A stretch of DNA of 64,000 bases from an uncultured virus (IMG/VR IMGVR_UViG_3300035188_001343) (taxonomy: Duplodnaviria; Heunggongvirae; Uroviricota; Caudoviricetes): IMG/VR virus record IMGVR_UViG_3300035188_001343. One strand, given 5' to 3'. Made by a program: the position numbers and the translations under genes. Of the stretch, positions 1 to 9,997 are shown one piece after another (the stretch's first letter is position 1; each line of letters opens with the position of its first letter). The notes below the pieces were generated by a model that was not told the origin of the DNA, searched no databases, and was given only the letters and a program-made list of their open reading frames with translations.

Positions 1-1383
1 TCATCCTTATTCAACGCTTATCAAGAAGAAAAAGATGGTAAATTAATCAATGATAATGATAGATTTAATCATACCTCATTATATGCAGATAGTGGTGGAT
101 TACAGGTAATCACCGCAGGTAAAACCATCAATGATGAGGTAAAAGAAAAAGTTTATAAAACTCAAGCAATGTATTGTGATTATGCTATGACATTCGATGA
201 AATGCCTGTAAAAATTGTTAAGGAGTTAGCAACTGGTTCGGTTGCAGGTGCTGACGGTCAGGTATTCATAGATGAATTGATTTCGATTTCTGCAAAAAAA
301 TCAGCAAAACATATACAGAAGCAGATAGATATGTTTGAAGAATTAAAAACAAACACTAAAATAATGCCTATTTTACACGGATACAGTGGTGAGACATTCA
401 TTGAATATGCACAAACAATTTTAAATGAATTGCACCATATAGGGGATCATATTCAAGGTGTTGCCATTGCATCATTAAGAGGTCACGCAGACAATAAAGT
501 TGGTATGATGAAAGTATTCGATTATGTACCCAAAGTTATCAATAGTGAAAAAATACCATCGGAGTATAAAAAACATGTGCATTTATTAGGTGTGGGTGCA
601 CATCAACGATTACTACCTGCATTGATGATGGTTAAAAAGGGTATTTTACCTATTGAAAAACTATCATTTGATTCTACAAAAATTATGAAATCATACACTT
701 ACGGTAAAGTTTTTCAATCTGTAGAGGAACTTATTAACCCAAAAAATTTTAATCCTGTGTTGACATTAAAAAAGTATGATGATAAAACACAACCAAACAT
801 TAAACAATTCTACGAGAATGTACATAATTTATTTTTCGATTACGATGATTATGTTTTTTCAGATTGGGAAGATTTAGCGAAACATTCCCAGAATAATGGT
901 GAACCTATTACTATGGGAAAACAATTTGAAAAGTATGGTGTGGAATATGAACGAAAATATTTATCACAGGTTCGGTATGCAACCATGTACCACATTTATA
1001 CGTTCTTGTCCGTTTGTGAGGCATATTTAGATGATGAATTAACCATTGAAAACATTATGGGGTATAATGATAGTATTTTGCACATATTTCAAAAATTTGA
1101 TTCTGTTAGTACACATGAGCAATTTGCTGAAGTATGTGATTATTTTTATACTACTGCGAAAACTGGCAGAACCGATTTAAGAATTGTAAAATGTAAAACA
1201 TTAAAAGAATTTGAGGAACGATTCGAACATAACCGGGTTGATAGTTATTTGGAACTGGGTATTGAAAAAGACGTAGAAATTCTAAATGAGGAATTAAAAA
1301 AACCATGGATAAAAACCTCAATGAAACGAGCAAAGGTAGTTGATTATTCGAATGAAATTCATCCCAGTGATGGATTGTTTTGA
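1..1383 (+). CDS. TGT/DpdA-like guanine transglycosylase paralogue 1 (5'-truncated by window)
   Basis: Frame is open from base 1 (SSLFNAYQEE...LYADSGGLQ). Motifs DSGG, MTFDE, ILHG, HVHLLG, SFDS of the TGT barrel; clearly paralogous to 15230, 16952 and 30586. Confidence 0.8.
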   Translation, partial: SSLFNAYQEEKDGKLINDNDRFNHTSLYADSGGLQVITAGKTINDEVKEKVYKTQAMYCDYAMTFDEMPVKIVKELATGSVAGADGQVFIDELISISAKKSAKHIQKQIDMFEELKTNTKIMPILHGYSGETFIEYAQTILNELHHIGDHIQGVAIASLRGHADNKVGMMKVFDYVPKVINSEKIPSEYKKHVHLLGVGAHQRLLPALMMVKKGILPIEKLSFDSTKIMKSYTYGKVFQSVEELINPKNFNPVLTLKKYDDKTQPNIKQFYENVHNLFFDYDDYVFSDWEDLAKHSQNNGEPITMGKQFEKYGVEYERKYLSQVRYATMYHIYTFLSVCEAYLDDELTIENIMGYNDSILHIFQKFDSVSTHEQFAEVCDYFYTTAKTGRTDLRIVKCKTLKEFEERFEHNRVDSYLELGIEKDVEILNEELKKPWIKTSMKRAKVVDYSNEIHPSDGLF

Positions 1384-1440
1384 AAATATAGTATAATTTA
1401 AAATAACATAATATTAAAAATAAAAAATTGGAGTATTAAT

Positions 1441-2214
1441 ATGATGGCTTTAACTGAGGTTTTCTGCTCAATTCAAGGGGAAGGTAGTAGTGCAGGCAAC
1501 ATTTCAATTTTCATTAGATTTTCGGGATGCAACTTTCAATGTCCGGGTTTTGGAGTGGAATATACAAACCCAAAAACGGGTGAAACGAAAAGGGGATGTG
1601 ATAGTTTTTATTCGGTTGATCCAGCATTTAAAAAAACATGGGATTATGTTGAAACTTTTGAAGAAATTGTGGATCTTGTTGATGCAATTATGCCAAAATA
1701 TCCAAAGGCACTTTTAACAAAACCCGATATTGTTATTACAGGCGGGGAACCAACAATAGCTTGGAAAAATCCAGAATTTCAAAAGTTGTTGGCTTATTAT
1801 ATATCAAGAAACCATGAGGTAACTATTGAAACTAATGCAAGTTTATACATTGAATTTAAAAGAGAATATCAAAGAAAAGTTAAATTTTCAATGAGTGTTA
1901 AACTAGCTGTTAGTGGTGAACCAGAACATAAAAGAATTAATATAGATAATATTACCAATATCGTTGAAAATTCACCACAAAGTTATTTAAAATTTGTAGT
2001 AGGTAAAGATAACATTGAAGAAACTGAAAAAGAAATTGATAGTATCTTAAAAGAGATACCAGTTTATTGTACGGTTTTTGTTATGCCTCTTGGGGACAAT
2101 AAAACTAATTTAGAATATAATGCAAGGTCGGTGATAGAAATGGCACTTAAAAAAGGATTTACGTATTCTGACAGATTACATATTCGTATATGGAACAATG
2201 AGATGGCTAGGTAA
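1441..2214 (+). CDS. queE: 7-carboxy-7-deazaguanine synthase (radical SAM)
   Basis: EVFCSIQGEG, FIRFSGCNFQC-x18-CDS, VITGGEP, IETN, SDRLHIRIW. Confidence 0.92.
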   Translation: MMALTEVFCSIQGEGSSAGNISIFIRFSGCNFQCPGFGVEYTNPKTGETKRGCDSFYSVDPAFKKTWDYVETFEEIVDLVDAIMPKYPKALLTKPDIVITGGEPTIAWKNPEFQKLLAYYISRNHEVTIETNASLYIEFKREYQRKVKFSMSVKLAVSGEPEHKRINIDNITNIVENSPQSYLKFVVGKDNIEETEKEIDSILKEIPVYCTVFVMPLGDNKTNLEYNARSVIEMALKKGFTYSDRLHIRIWNNEMAR

Positions 2215-2248
2215 AAACGGTAGTTTAAAAGAATTTTTTGGAAAAACT

Positions 2249-2623
2249 ATGAAAGGAATAATTACACAACTTAAAATGATTGAACTATCAATACTGGATA
2301 CATTATTCCTTTTTTTGATGACACTACTAGTTATTGGGTTGATTAACTGTGGAATATCGGTGCTTACATTTGGTGGTATAGTTTTAATATTTGGGGCATT
2401 TTTAACTTACAAGGGTCAAATATATCTTTCAGTTGCAACATACATTATTTCAGATTTGTGTTGGATATATAACGCATTTGAAAATAACGATCTTGTCGGT
2501 GTAACATTCATTTCTGTTGGAATATTTTTTGGCATTCTAGCAACATTTAAAATGAAGAATGGGCACATGGAAAAAGATTTAATTACTCGTAAAGTGAAAA
2601 CATCTAAGGTGAATAAAAAATGA
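2249..2623 (+). CDS. small multi-pass membrane protein
   Basis: Several hydrophobic segments; ATG 2249 chosen to avoid overlap with queE. Confidence 0.55.
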   Translation: MKGIITQLKMIELSILDTLFLFLMTLLVIGLINCGISVLTFGGIVLIFGAFLTYKGQIYLSVATYIISDLCWIYNAFENNDLVGVTFISVGIFFGILATFKMKNGHMEKDLITRKVKTSKVNKK

Positions 2624-3009
2624 TTGATATTTCACAGATTATTAAAGAATTTGAAGCGTTGACGGTTGATGAGTTAGAACGTCAATTTCAACAATTTGGT
2701 CTCAATCCTATTCGAAAATCATCAACTATACTTGAAAAATTGTATGGAATAGAAAATTATTTAGATGCACTAACGTATATTTGTAATATTGTTGAATTGG
2801 AACTTCAAAATGGGAATATAGAGTTAATAGATGATATTTTGAATAAGTATAATCCAGAAAAATGTGATATAATAGTTTCCACAAACATTCTCAGATGTTG
2901 TTTTAGAATTAAAAATGAATTACCACATTGGGATAGCACATTATTAAATGTGAAAAATCATTTGAATTCATTGTGTTTAGATGTAGAAAATATTTTGTGT
3001 TGTGTTTAA
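2620..3009 (+). CDS. hypothetical protein
   Basis: ORF coupled to upstream gene by ATGA overlap. Confidence 0.55.
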   Translation: MIDISQIIKEFEALTVDELERQFQQFGLNPIRKSSTILEKLYGIENYLDALTYICNIVELELQNGNIELIDDILNKYNPEKCDIIVSTNILRCCFRIKNELPHWDSTLLNVKNHLNSLCLDVENILCCV

Positions 3010-3030
3010 AAAAGTGTAAAGAAGGTATTT

Positions 3031-3660
3031 ATGTGTAGTATAATAGGCTCATTTTCAAAAGATAAATTTAAAGAATTGGTATTATTAAACCAACATAGGG
3101 GAACATTCTCCTACTCATTTTTAGTATTAAACCCAAAAAAATTAAAAATTGACACCCTTAAACAGGATTTTGGTTCGTTTGACTTAAATAGTATTGATGA
3201 TGCTACTGATGGTTATTATTTAGGACATTGCCAGGCACCAACAGGGGGTTTAATCAAAGATAAAGACAGGATTCATCCTGCAAAAATAGATGATGTATTT
3301 TTGTTTCATAATGGAATTATTAAACAAAAGGATGTTACTCGATTAAAAATGGAGCATGAAACATATGTTGAGTGGGATACCAAATTGATGCTCATGGAAA
3401 TTAAAAAAAATGGACTTACACCAACTTTGAATACCATTGATGGCAGTTTTGCTTGTGTTTATGTTGATGGTCTAAAATTTAGAATTTTTAGAAGTGCAGC
3501 CGGAACCTTATTTGTTGATGATTGTGGCAATATAAGTTCTACCAAATTTGAAAATTCTAATAGAATTGAACAAGGAAACGTATTTGTGTTGGATCTGTTA
3601 AATAATACGATGATAACAGAAGATAAATTTGTTTCCAAATCATCACCTTATTTTTATTAA
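3031..3660 (+). CDS. class II (Ntn) glutamine amidotransferase, stand-alone Gat-like domain
   Basis: N-terminal M-C nucleophile (MCSIIG), NQHRG, YLGHCQAPT, HP, LFHNGII, WDT, GSFAC. Confidence 0.85.
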   Translation: MCSIIGSFSKDKFKELVLLNQHRGTFSYSFLVLNPKKLKIDTLKQDFGSFDLNSIDDATDGYYLGHCQAPTGGLIKDKDRIHPAKIDDVFLFHNGIIKQKDVTRLKMEHETYVEWDTKLMLMEIKKNGLTPTLNTIDGSFACVYVDGLKFRIFRSAAGTLFVDDCGNISSTKFENSNRIEQGNVFVLDLLNNTMITEDKFVSKSSPYFY

Positions 3661-3679
3661 ATTAACCGAGATTTTAATT

Positions 3680-3907
3680 ATGCATGTTAAATATAAGATA
3701 CTAGAATATATAGCATTGTTTGTTTTTATCGGTTTATTGCAAAATAAATTTCCCGATAATACCTGGTGGAGTAGCTGGGATTTTTACACGATTATTATTG
3801 CATCAATTATATACAATGGTGTTTGTAATTTGCAGAATAAGGTTAAAACGAACAAAACATTGGAGAATACCAAACTAGGTTCAAAATCTGAAAAATTTTC
3901 ACAATAA
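3680..3907 (+). CDS. small membrane protein
   Basis: Two hydrophobic stretches. Confidence 0.45.
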   Translation: MHVKYKILEYIALFVFIGLLQNKFPDNTWWSSWDFYTIIIASIIYNGVCNLQNKVKTNKTLENTKLGSKSEKFSQ

Positions 3908-3929
3908 CACATAATATATGGGAGAAAAA

Positions 3930-4907
3930 ATGACTGATAACAAAGATATAAAAGAATCAAGCACAACAGAAAAAAAAGATGAAAAGGAAGATAATAAACC
4001 CACAGTGAGTTTTGGAACTGGTGGTGGACAAATTACTGCCGATTCACAGGAAAATGTTTCGGCTGGTGGAAATGTTTCTATTGATGGCACAATTGGTGGC
4101 GTAACTATTTCAGCAAATGCAGCAGGTGATACACATGCAAGTGCTGGGGTTGATGCAACTGATACATCGGTTGCATCAACTGCTGAAGTAGGAGTAAGTG
4201 CAACTTTAGGTATAAATGCGTCAGCACAGGTTGGTAATGTAACGATAGTAGGTGAAGAACATGTAAGTGCTACCGCAGATGCTGAAGCAAATGTGAGTGC
4301 AGGTTGGGATGGGCGTAATGCAAGTGTTACCGCAGAAGTTCAAGCGGGTGCAAGTGTTGAAATAGGTGCAAGTGTAGGCGTTACAACTGGAGATACCACT
4401 ATCACTCAAGAAGTACATGAGGGTGCAGAAGCAGAAGCTTATGCAGGTGGTACGGTTCAAGTAGGTAAAGATGGTGCAAGTGGTCATGCAGGTGCAATTG
4501 CAGGTGTAAGTGTTGGTGTGGGTGAAACTACTACCGTTGGTGATAGTCATGGTAATGCTGCGTCTGCAGGTGCAGGTGTTAGTATTGGGGCACAAGTTGG
4601 TGCAGAAGTTGAAGGTGGTGCCACTATGAAGGATGGTGTGGCAACTGTTGGTGTTGGGGGTGAAGTTGAATTATTGGCAGGTGTTGAAATTAATGCCAGT
4701 GTCAGTGTTGATACCAAACCTATTCAACAAGCGGCAGTTACTGCAGCAAATGAAACCGTGGGTGTTGTTAATAATATTGTTAATGAGGCTCCTGCGGTGG
4801 TTAATACTGTTGAAAATAAAACTGTTGAAGTAGTTAATACTGTGAGTAATGGTGTTAGTGATGTTGGTAAAAAAATTGGTAATGCCTTAAATCCTTTCCA
4901 TTGGTAA
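3930..4907 (+). CDS. Gly/Ala/Val-rich repetitive beta-strand protein
   Basis: GGAG SD before ATG 3930; low-complexity alternating beta-strand repeats (AGASVEIGASVG, AGVSVGVG). Confidence 0.7.
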   Translation: MTDNKDIKESSTTEKKDEKEDNKPTVSFGTGGGQITADSQENVSAGGNVSIDGTIGGVTISANAAGDTHASAGVDATDTSVASTAEVGVSATLGINASAQVGNVTIVGEEHVSATADAEANVSAGWDGRNASVTAEVQAGASVEIGASVGVTTGDTTITQEVHEGAEAEAYAGGTVQVGKDGASGHAGAIAGVSVGVGETTTVGDSHGNAASAGAGVSIGAQVGAEVEGGATMKDGVATVGVGGEVELLAGVEINASVSVDTKPIQQAAVTAANETVGVVNNIVNEAPAVVNTVENKTVEVVNTVSNGVSDVGKKIGNALNPFHW

Positions 4908-4931
4908 TTTTAAGGTATTACTATATGTTTT

Positions 4932-4959
4932 AAAAAGTGCTCTTACGAGCACTTTTTTT
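4932..4959 (+). terminator. intrinsic terminator
   Basis: AAAAAGTGCTC-TTAC-GAGCACTTTTT followed by T tract. Confidence 0.8.
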
Positions 4960-4969
4960 GCAAAAACTA

Positions 4970-4998
4970 TTTACATCACACAACAAATAAAGTACAAT
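4970..4998 (+). promoter_or_regulatory. sigma70-like promoter
   Basis: TTTACA-17 nt-TACAAT. Confidence 0.55.
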
Positions 4999-5146
4999 AT
5001 AATATACTCGATATATTTTCAAAATGTAAAGGGTATGAAACATTATACCAGTTTAAAAGTAAGCAATTTAATAGGAGGAAGAGAAAATAGGGGTTTACCC
5101 GTGCTTACCTCACCCGTATATTGAACGGGGGTGTTTCTCTCATAAT

Positions 5147-5836
5147 GTGATGAATTTAAAAATTACTGAAGACCAATTCAACATTTTGAAAAAATATGTA
5201 ATCTCGGAATATATTTTTGGTTCATGGTTACATAAAACAAATACAGTGAATTCCGATAAAGATGTTCTATTGATTTTAGATGATATTTTTGTATCTGATA
5301 GGATATATCCAAACATTCATTGTTTTCAATATGATGATGTGAAAAACAACATTCAATGGATGTTAACAACGGAAAGTACATTTAATAAAAACCTATTATC
5401 AGGAGAATCTAACATTTTTGCCGAATTGGTTTTATTTTCAGAATTCTCTAAATTTAATGATAAGTTATTGACGTGTAGAACGGTTAAAATTATTAAAGGG
5501 TTCATTGGGCGAGCAAAATTTGATTTGAAATTATTAGGTACTAGTAAAGACAAAAAGAATCGTAAAGCGTTTCATATTTCGAGATGTTTGTATATTGCAG
5601 AATGTCTGTTGGATAACAAACTACCAGATTTAAATTTGATTGGATGTTACTCAGATCTTGACAAAGATGCGTTGAGTGCTATGGAACTTAATCTACGAAA
5701 TAAATGTGTCGAATTGTATGAAAAAAATGAGTTGCATTGGTATCCTGTTTTATCTATCAATAATCAACATGATGAATTAAATGAATTGGATGAAATGTTG
5801 GCGGCGGCAAATAATTTAAAAGAATTTAATTATTGA
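5147..5836 (+). CDS. Pol-beta superfamily nucleotidyltransferase
   Basis: YIFGSWLHKTNTVNSDKD = GS...DxD motif. Confidence 0.7.
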   Translation: MMNLKITEDQFNILKKYVISEYIFGSWLHKTNTVNSDKDVLLILDDIFVSDRIYPNIHCFQYDDVKNNIQWMLTTESTFNKNLLSGESNIFAELVLFSEFSKFNDKLLTCRTVKIIKGFIGRAKFDLKLLGTSKDKKNRKAFHISRCLYIAECLLDNKLPDLNLIGCYSDLDKDALSAMELNLRNKCVELYEKNELHWYPVLSINNQHDELNELDEMLAAANNLKEFNY

Positions 5837-5903
5837 TTGTAGTATCATTTACTTCATTTTATAGTATAATACCTTTTCTAAAACGATAATAGGTATTAAA
5901 CAT

Positions 5904-8546
5904 ATGACTTATCCTGAAGTAAATGATTTACAATATATACGATCTGATGACATTTCAATTGAACCAAATTTGATTTCTTCCGACGACGAACTGTATGATG
6001 TTGGTTTAGAAAACTTTTTACCCGAGGTATATCCTAAAGTAGAATTAGTTGATGATGATGATGATGATGATGATGATGACTTTTTAAATGGTGAAAAAGA
6101 GGATCTTGCTTGTGGATTGCCTGATTATTTTCTAAGGAATAATATTCCTTCTTTAAAAGACATTAATTCATCTAAAGTAACAGTGGTTCCAATCGTTGTA
6201 ACTGCAAATGATAATATCATTAGTAAGGATGAATTGCGTGAGTTGGTTACTATAACTATTCCGGAGGGAAATAGATTTAGTGACCAAAACACTGACTTTA
6301 TTCAAATGAAATTTACTCCAGCCAAATGGTGTAGGAATGTTATAGATACCATAAACCGAAACCCAGATATAGAATGTGCTATTTTATTGGATCAAAACCA
6401 GAGAAATTATAAAAATGATATGGTTTCTAAAAAAACATTCGCCAATGATCTTGGTCATATGAAAACCAAAAATATGGAGGGTTCAATTGATTCACATGAT
6501 GATTTTGCGAATAAACATGAGGTAGCATATGAATTTTGTTTGTACCAGGACCCATCTGCACCAAATAGACCAACATACAATTCTGCTATTAATAATGATT
6601 ATAGGTATAAACTAATCATACTTTTGATTGATGGGTTACAACGCACGATGATGTTTTTACTTATATTCTTTGAAGGTGGATACACTAGAAATCTACTCGA
6701 TACGAGTGGTGATCAATGGAGGTATAGTTATTTTGATTTGTCGGCATTTTATCCCTACTATAATTCCAAAGGAATTCTATGTTATAAAATATTTCCGAGT
6801 CATCTGTCAGCACAAAAATCCGGTCATGTTTTTCTTAGTGCTGATGAAGTAAAAGAATTTAAAGCAAACAGAACGAAGAAATTAGATGGAGAATATATTA
6901 ATTTGATCCCATCACAAGAATTTGGAAAATTAGATTCTTATGTTCGTGATGGACAATTAGATGTTATTCATTTTGTTGAAAATATGATCGCTAAACACGA
7001 TCTGCGGTTTACTCGTGCTGCAGCAGAATCATTTATCAATTTTACACGTTTCATTTATGACAGATTATTCGTATGTGAAGATATAACTGTGGATCTCGAT
7101 ACAAAATCTACACCAGAATCTAACACTGAAAGATTTTTACAAATAAACGGTCGTGGTTTAAAAATGAACAAAGAATCCATGATTAATTCTAAATTAAATG
7201 GTGTTTCTGGAGTAAGATATAGTAAAGAGATTCTTGACCCAATTAGTGATTTATACCGAATGTGTGATGTCAAAAATCCAGAAGAAAAGGCTACCAGAAC
7301 ATTGGTTTCGGGCAACCATAAAAACACAAAACTGTATTTTAAGGATCAAAAATTACGAGAAAAATTAGAAAAAACTGAAAATCCGTTGTTGTTGCATGGT
7401 AAAGGAAATGGTACGATTAATGAAATGCAAAACACTGTCTTAAACAACGACCAAGAAGCAACAATTTGGGCAAAATTTTTCCTAACCAGTACTGCCGATG
7501 TTGAAGAAGCATGTAAATACACAAAAGAATTTTTTTATGCTGATAAAACTCAAAATTTGAGACCTAGCATGAATTTCATGACATCCTTGGATGATGACAA
7601 TAAGGCATTAATGGTTCATTTTATTTTCATCACTTATTTCAACATGATTGTTGAGGGTAGCAATTTCGATCCATACCTGATTAATAAAAAATATACCCAG
7701 GCTTCTCAAATTTTGAGAGTAATGTTTGGTTTGAAACCTATTACGAATTCTATTTCAACTGAAATATCACAAAAAACCAAATTTTGTTCGAACATTTCTC
7801 GCGATCTTGTGATAAACAAACTGAAATTTACTCCCGATAATTTAAAGAATGTTTGTGAACATCGCAACTGTAATTGGTCTCCCATTATGTCGTTGATTGT
7901 TGAGAGAGATTTCACTAATGCGACAAGAAACAAAGATGATTCCAACTATTTACACATTGTTTCGAATTTACTGCAACGGCCAAATGCGGCTAATAAACAA
8001 GCAGACCATATCCACCCACATAGTGTGATAAACGAACCATCAAAGGTCACTAAAAAAATTGATGCGAATTTTTCTGGTAGCACAGCAGCATTCAAAAATG
8101 AATTCAAACGGTTTATTGTAAAGTACAATAATACACCAATTGGAAAAATGCTATTGGACGACAAAGCGAATAAATCGAAAGGTGATGAGGATCCATCAAT
8201 TTTCTTCGATGAAAATGTTGTTCTCAGACCTACGATTAAATCGGATTATAAAATGAATATGTCCGATGAGCAGGTGATTGAAATTCTGAAATTCCGAAAC
8301 ATTATTGCTCGAATGGTTCATACTCAAAAAACTAGATTGCTCGAGTATGCCACACTAAACTATGGTGTTTGTGGTGAGGACAGTATGCGTTATCCACTGA
8401 AAACTGTTACCAATGAATTGGCTTTTGATACCCTGCTACAGGCTACGAATATGGAGCATGATTATCCAACACTGTATGATCAAGTCATGAATACTTCGGG
8501 CAGCACATTGTCTAGGGACACCATATTAAGTTTGCAGGAATTGTAA
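5904..8546 (+). CDS. GmrSD-like protein (DUF262/ParB-like N-domain + C-terminal HNH/DUF1524-like)
   Basis: NQRNY and IDGLQR (QR / DGQQR motifs); C-terminal DHIHP...IGKMLL...NKSKGD. Confidence 0.6.
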   Translation: MTYPEVNDLQYIRSDDISIEPNLISSDDELYDVGLENFLPEVYPKVELVDDDDDDDDDDFLNGEKEDLACGLPDYFLRNNIPSLKDINSSKVTVVPIVVTANDNIISKDELRELVTITIPEGNRFSDQNTDFIQMKFTPAKWCRNVIDTINRNPDIECAILLDQNQRNYKNDMVSKKTFANDLGHMKTKNMEGSIDSHDDFANKHEVAYEFCLYQDPSAPNRPTYNSAINNDYRYKLIILLIDGLQRTMMFLLIFFEGGYTRNLLDTSGDQWRYSYFDLSAFYPYYNSKGILCYKIFPSHLSAQKSGHVFLSADEVKEFKANRTKKLDGEYINLIPSQEFGKLDSYVRDGQLDVIHFVENMIAKHDLRFTRAAAESFINFTRFIYDRLFVCEDITVDLDTKSTPESNTERFLQINGRGLKMNKESMINSKLNGVSGVRYSKEILDPISDLYRMCDVKNPEEKATRTLVSGNHKNTKLYFKDQKLREKLEKTENPLLLHGKGNGTINEMQNTVLNNDQEATIWAKFFLTSTADVEEACKYTKEFFYADKTQNLRPSMNFMTSLDDDNKALMVHFIFITYFNMIVEGSNFDPYLINKKYTQASQILRVMFGLKPITNSISTEISQKTKFCSNISRDLVINKLKFTPDNLKNVCEHRNCNWSPIMSLIVERDFTNATRNKDDSNYLHIVSNLLQRPNAANKQADHIHPHSVINEPSKVTKKIDANFSGSTAAFKNEFKRFIVKYNNTPIGKMLLDDKANKSKGDEDPSIFFDENVVLRPTIKSDYKMNMSDEQVIEILKFRNIIARMVHTQKTRLLEYATLNYGVCGEDSMRYPLKTVTNELAFDTLLQATNMEHDYPTLYDQVMNTSGSTLSRDTILSLQEL
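6051..6080 (+). repeat. (GAT)9GAC microsatellite encoding poly-Asp10
   Basis: Direct reading of the sequence. Confidence 0.95.
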
Positions 8547-8553
8547 GAATCTG

Positions 8554-8589
8554 ATTATGGGGCAATCTAACTATAGATTGCCCCATAAT
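8554..8589. terminator. 16-bp perfect inverted repeat / terminator
   Basis: ATTATGGGGCAATCTA-ACTA-TAGATTGCCCCATAAT. Confidence 0.75.
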
Positions 8590-8657
8590 TTCTGTCAGAA
8601 GTATAAATTGTGGTATAATTTAATTTTAAATTTTAACAAATTGATTGATATAAAACT

Positions 8658-9014
8658 ATGAAACTTAAAGATTTAGTTGAAGCAACCGAATTGTCCTATG
8701 AAGAAAAATTGAAATCGGAAGAATATGTTGTTAAAATGAACATCCAAGATATTGTTCAGATACCAGAATGGCAGGAACTCAGAAGTTATTTTGTTGGTAA
8801 ATGGAAATCACAACCAGAAAAAAATTTACAAATGTTAAAAGATTTTGCTGGGGACTTAAAAAAATTATCCAACCGAAGATTGCGCATTATTCAAAATTAT
8901 GTTACCGGTTCAGCATTTCGTATTGGTATTATTGCTAATGAGGATATAAAAGAGTTTACTGAAGCGGTTCGTAAAGAGGTAGCAGATAGAAAAGCAGATG
9001 GGCGGTGGAAATGA
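8658..9014 (+). CDS. hypothetical protein with MKLxDL-E N-terminus
   Basis: ORF; N-terminus resembles the ORFs at 55217 and 55504. Confidence 0.6.
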   Translation: MKLKDLVEATELSYEEKLKSEEYVVKMNIQDIVQIPEWQELRSYFVGKWKSQPEKNLQMLKDFAGDLKKLSNRRLRIIQNYVTGSAFRIGIIANEDIKEFTEAVRKEVADRKADGRWK

Positions 9015-9484
9015 GAATAAATTGTATTGATGTTTCTGATTTGGCTGATCAACATTTGCGAGCAGAATGGTTGGAATTTTTAATGGTTGGTCCATATGTT
9101 AGGAGATCATTAAAATCGAAGAAAGGTATCTCATTTTCAAATTCAACTCGGTATGTGTTAGGGACAGGTCATGCGAGATTCTTCTATGATAAGTTAGGGT
9201 ATGTTGAAAATAGATACAAGCAAATCGAACATGAAATGCACGCAAGAGGATTTAAAACTAACCCAAATTTAGAGTTAAGTGATTTACCAAAAAATCTGTT
9301 TAATAGTTGGACACCAACAAAAGATGATAAAATACTCAATTTAAACCGCATAATTGCCAGGATATCTGATAAACCAAAATGGTATAAATTTAAAAATGCC
9401 CAGATGGAAGATTGGGTGGATTTTTATGAAAAAAGATATGATTTTACATACAATTATGATATAATACATTATGGTAAAAAATAA
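9011..9484 (+). CDS. denV: pyrimidine-dimer DNA glycosylase / endonuclease V
   Basis: MRIN...LADQHLRAEW; YVLGTGHARFFYDKLGY as in T4 DenV. Confidence 0.88.
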   Translation: MRINCIDVSDLADQHLRAEWLEFLMVGPYVRRSLKSKKGISFSNSTRYVLGTGHARFFYDKLGYVENRYKQIEHEMHARGFKTNPNLELSDLPKNLFNSWTPTKDDKILNLNRIIARISDKPKWYKFKNAQMEDWVDFYEKRYDFTYNYDIIHYGKK

Positions 9485-9507
9485 ACTTTAACTTAGAGAG
9501 AGTAAAA

Positions 9508-9939
9508 ATGTTTGCTAAATGGTATGAAGTAAATGGTGTAAAATGCCAGGGAAATGTAGAGAAAAATGTGGCGGAAATGATGGTTGAAAATAATCACTTT
9601 TTCTCTCGTGGAAAAGCAATTAAAACTCCGTTTGGTAACTATACACCAGATTTTGATTGTGACACCTATTTTGTTGAAGTGAAAACTTTACATAGTTGGT
9701 TACAAGCTTTAGGTGTGACAAGCTTATTGGAAAACGCAAAAAAAGATGAATTTGCTAAATTATCAAACAATTCTCAACAAAAAATGGAATGGGTTAATGA
9801 AAATGTTAAACCCGTTTATGTCTATATTGAAATTTCTGAAAATTCAAAAAAATTCAAAGATGTTTTCGAACCATCTCATACCTTATCAACAATCAAAGGT
9901 AATATCCAACAGTTACGACAATTTTTGACAACCATGTAA
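9508..9939 (+). CDS. PD-(D/E)XK nuclease-like protein
   Basis: YTPDF...FVEVK. Confidence 0.6.
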   Translation: MFAKWYEVNGVKCQGNVEKNVAEMMVENNHFFSRGKAIKTPFGNYTPDFDCDTYFVEVKTLHSWLQALGVTSLLENAKKDEFAKLSNNSQQKMEWVNENVKPVYVYIEISENSKKFKDVFEPSHTLSTIKGNIQQLRQFLTTM

Positions 9940-9997
9940 AAAATTGTAAAAAATTGTAAAATATCATAAAATAATTAATATTTACAAGGAATATAAA

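Noticed and set aside
5000..5146. preQ1 riboswitch
   Set aside because: The context is tempting, but I could not match the preQ1-I stem-loop plus A-rich tail.
9936..9960. GTAAAAAATT tandem repeat
   Set aside because: Only 2.5 low-complexity copies; plausibly promoter-upstream AT periodicity.
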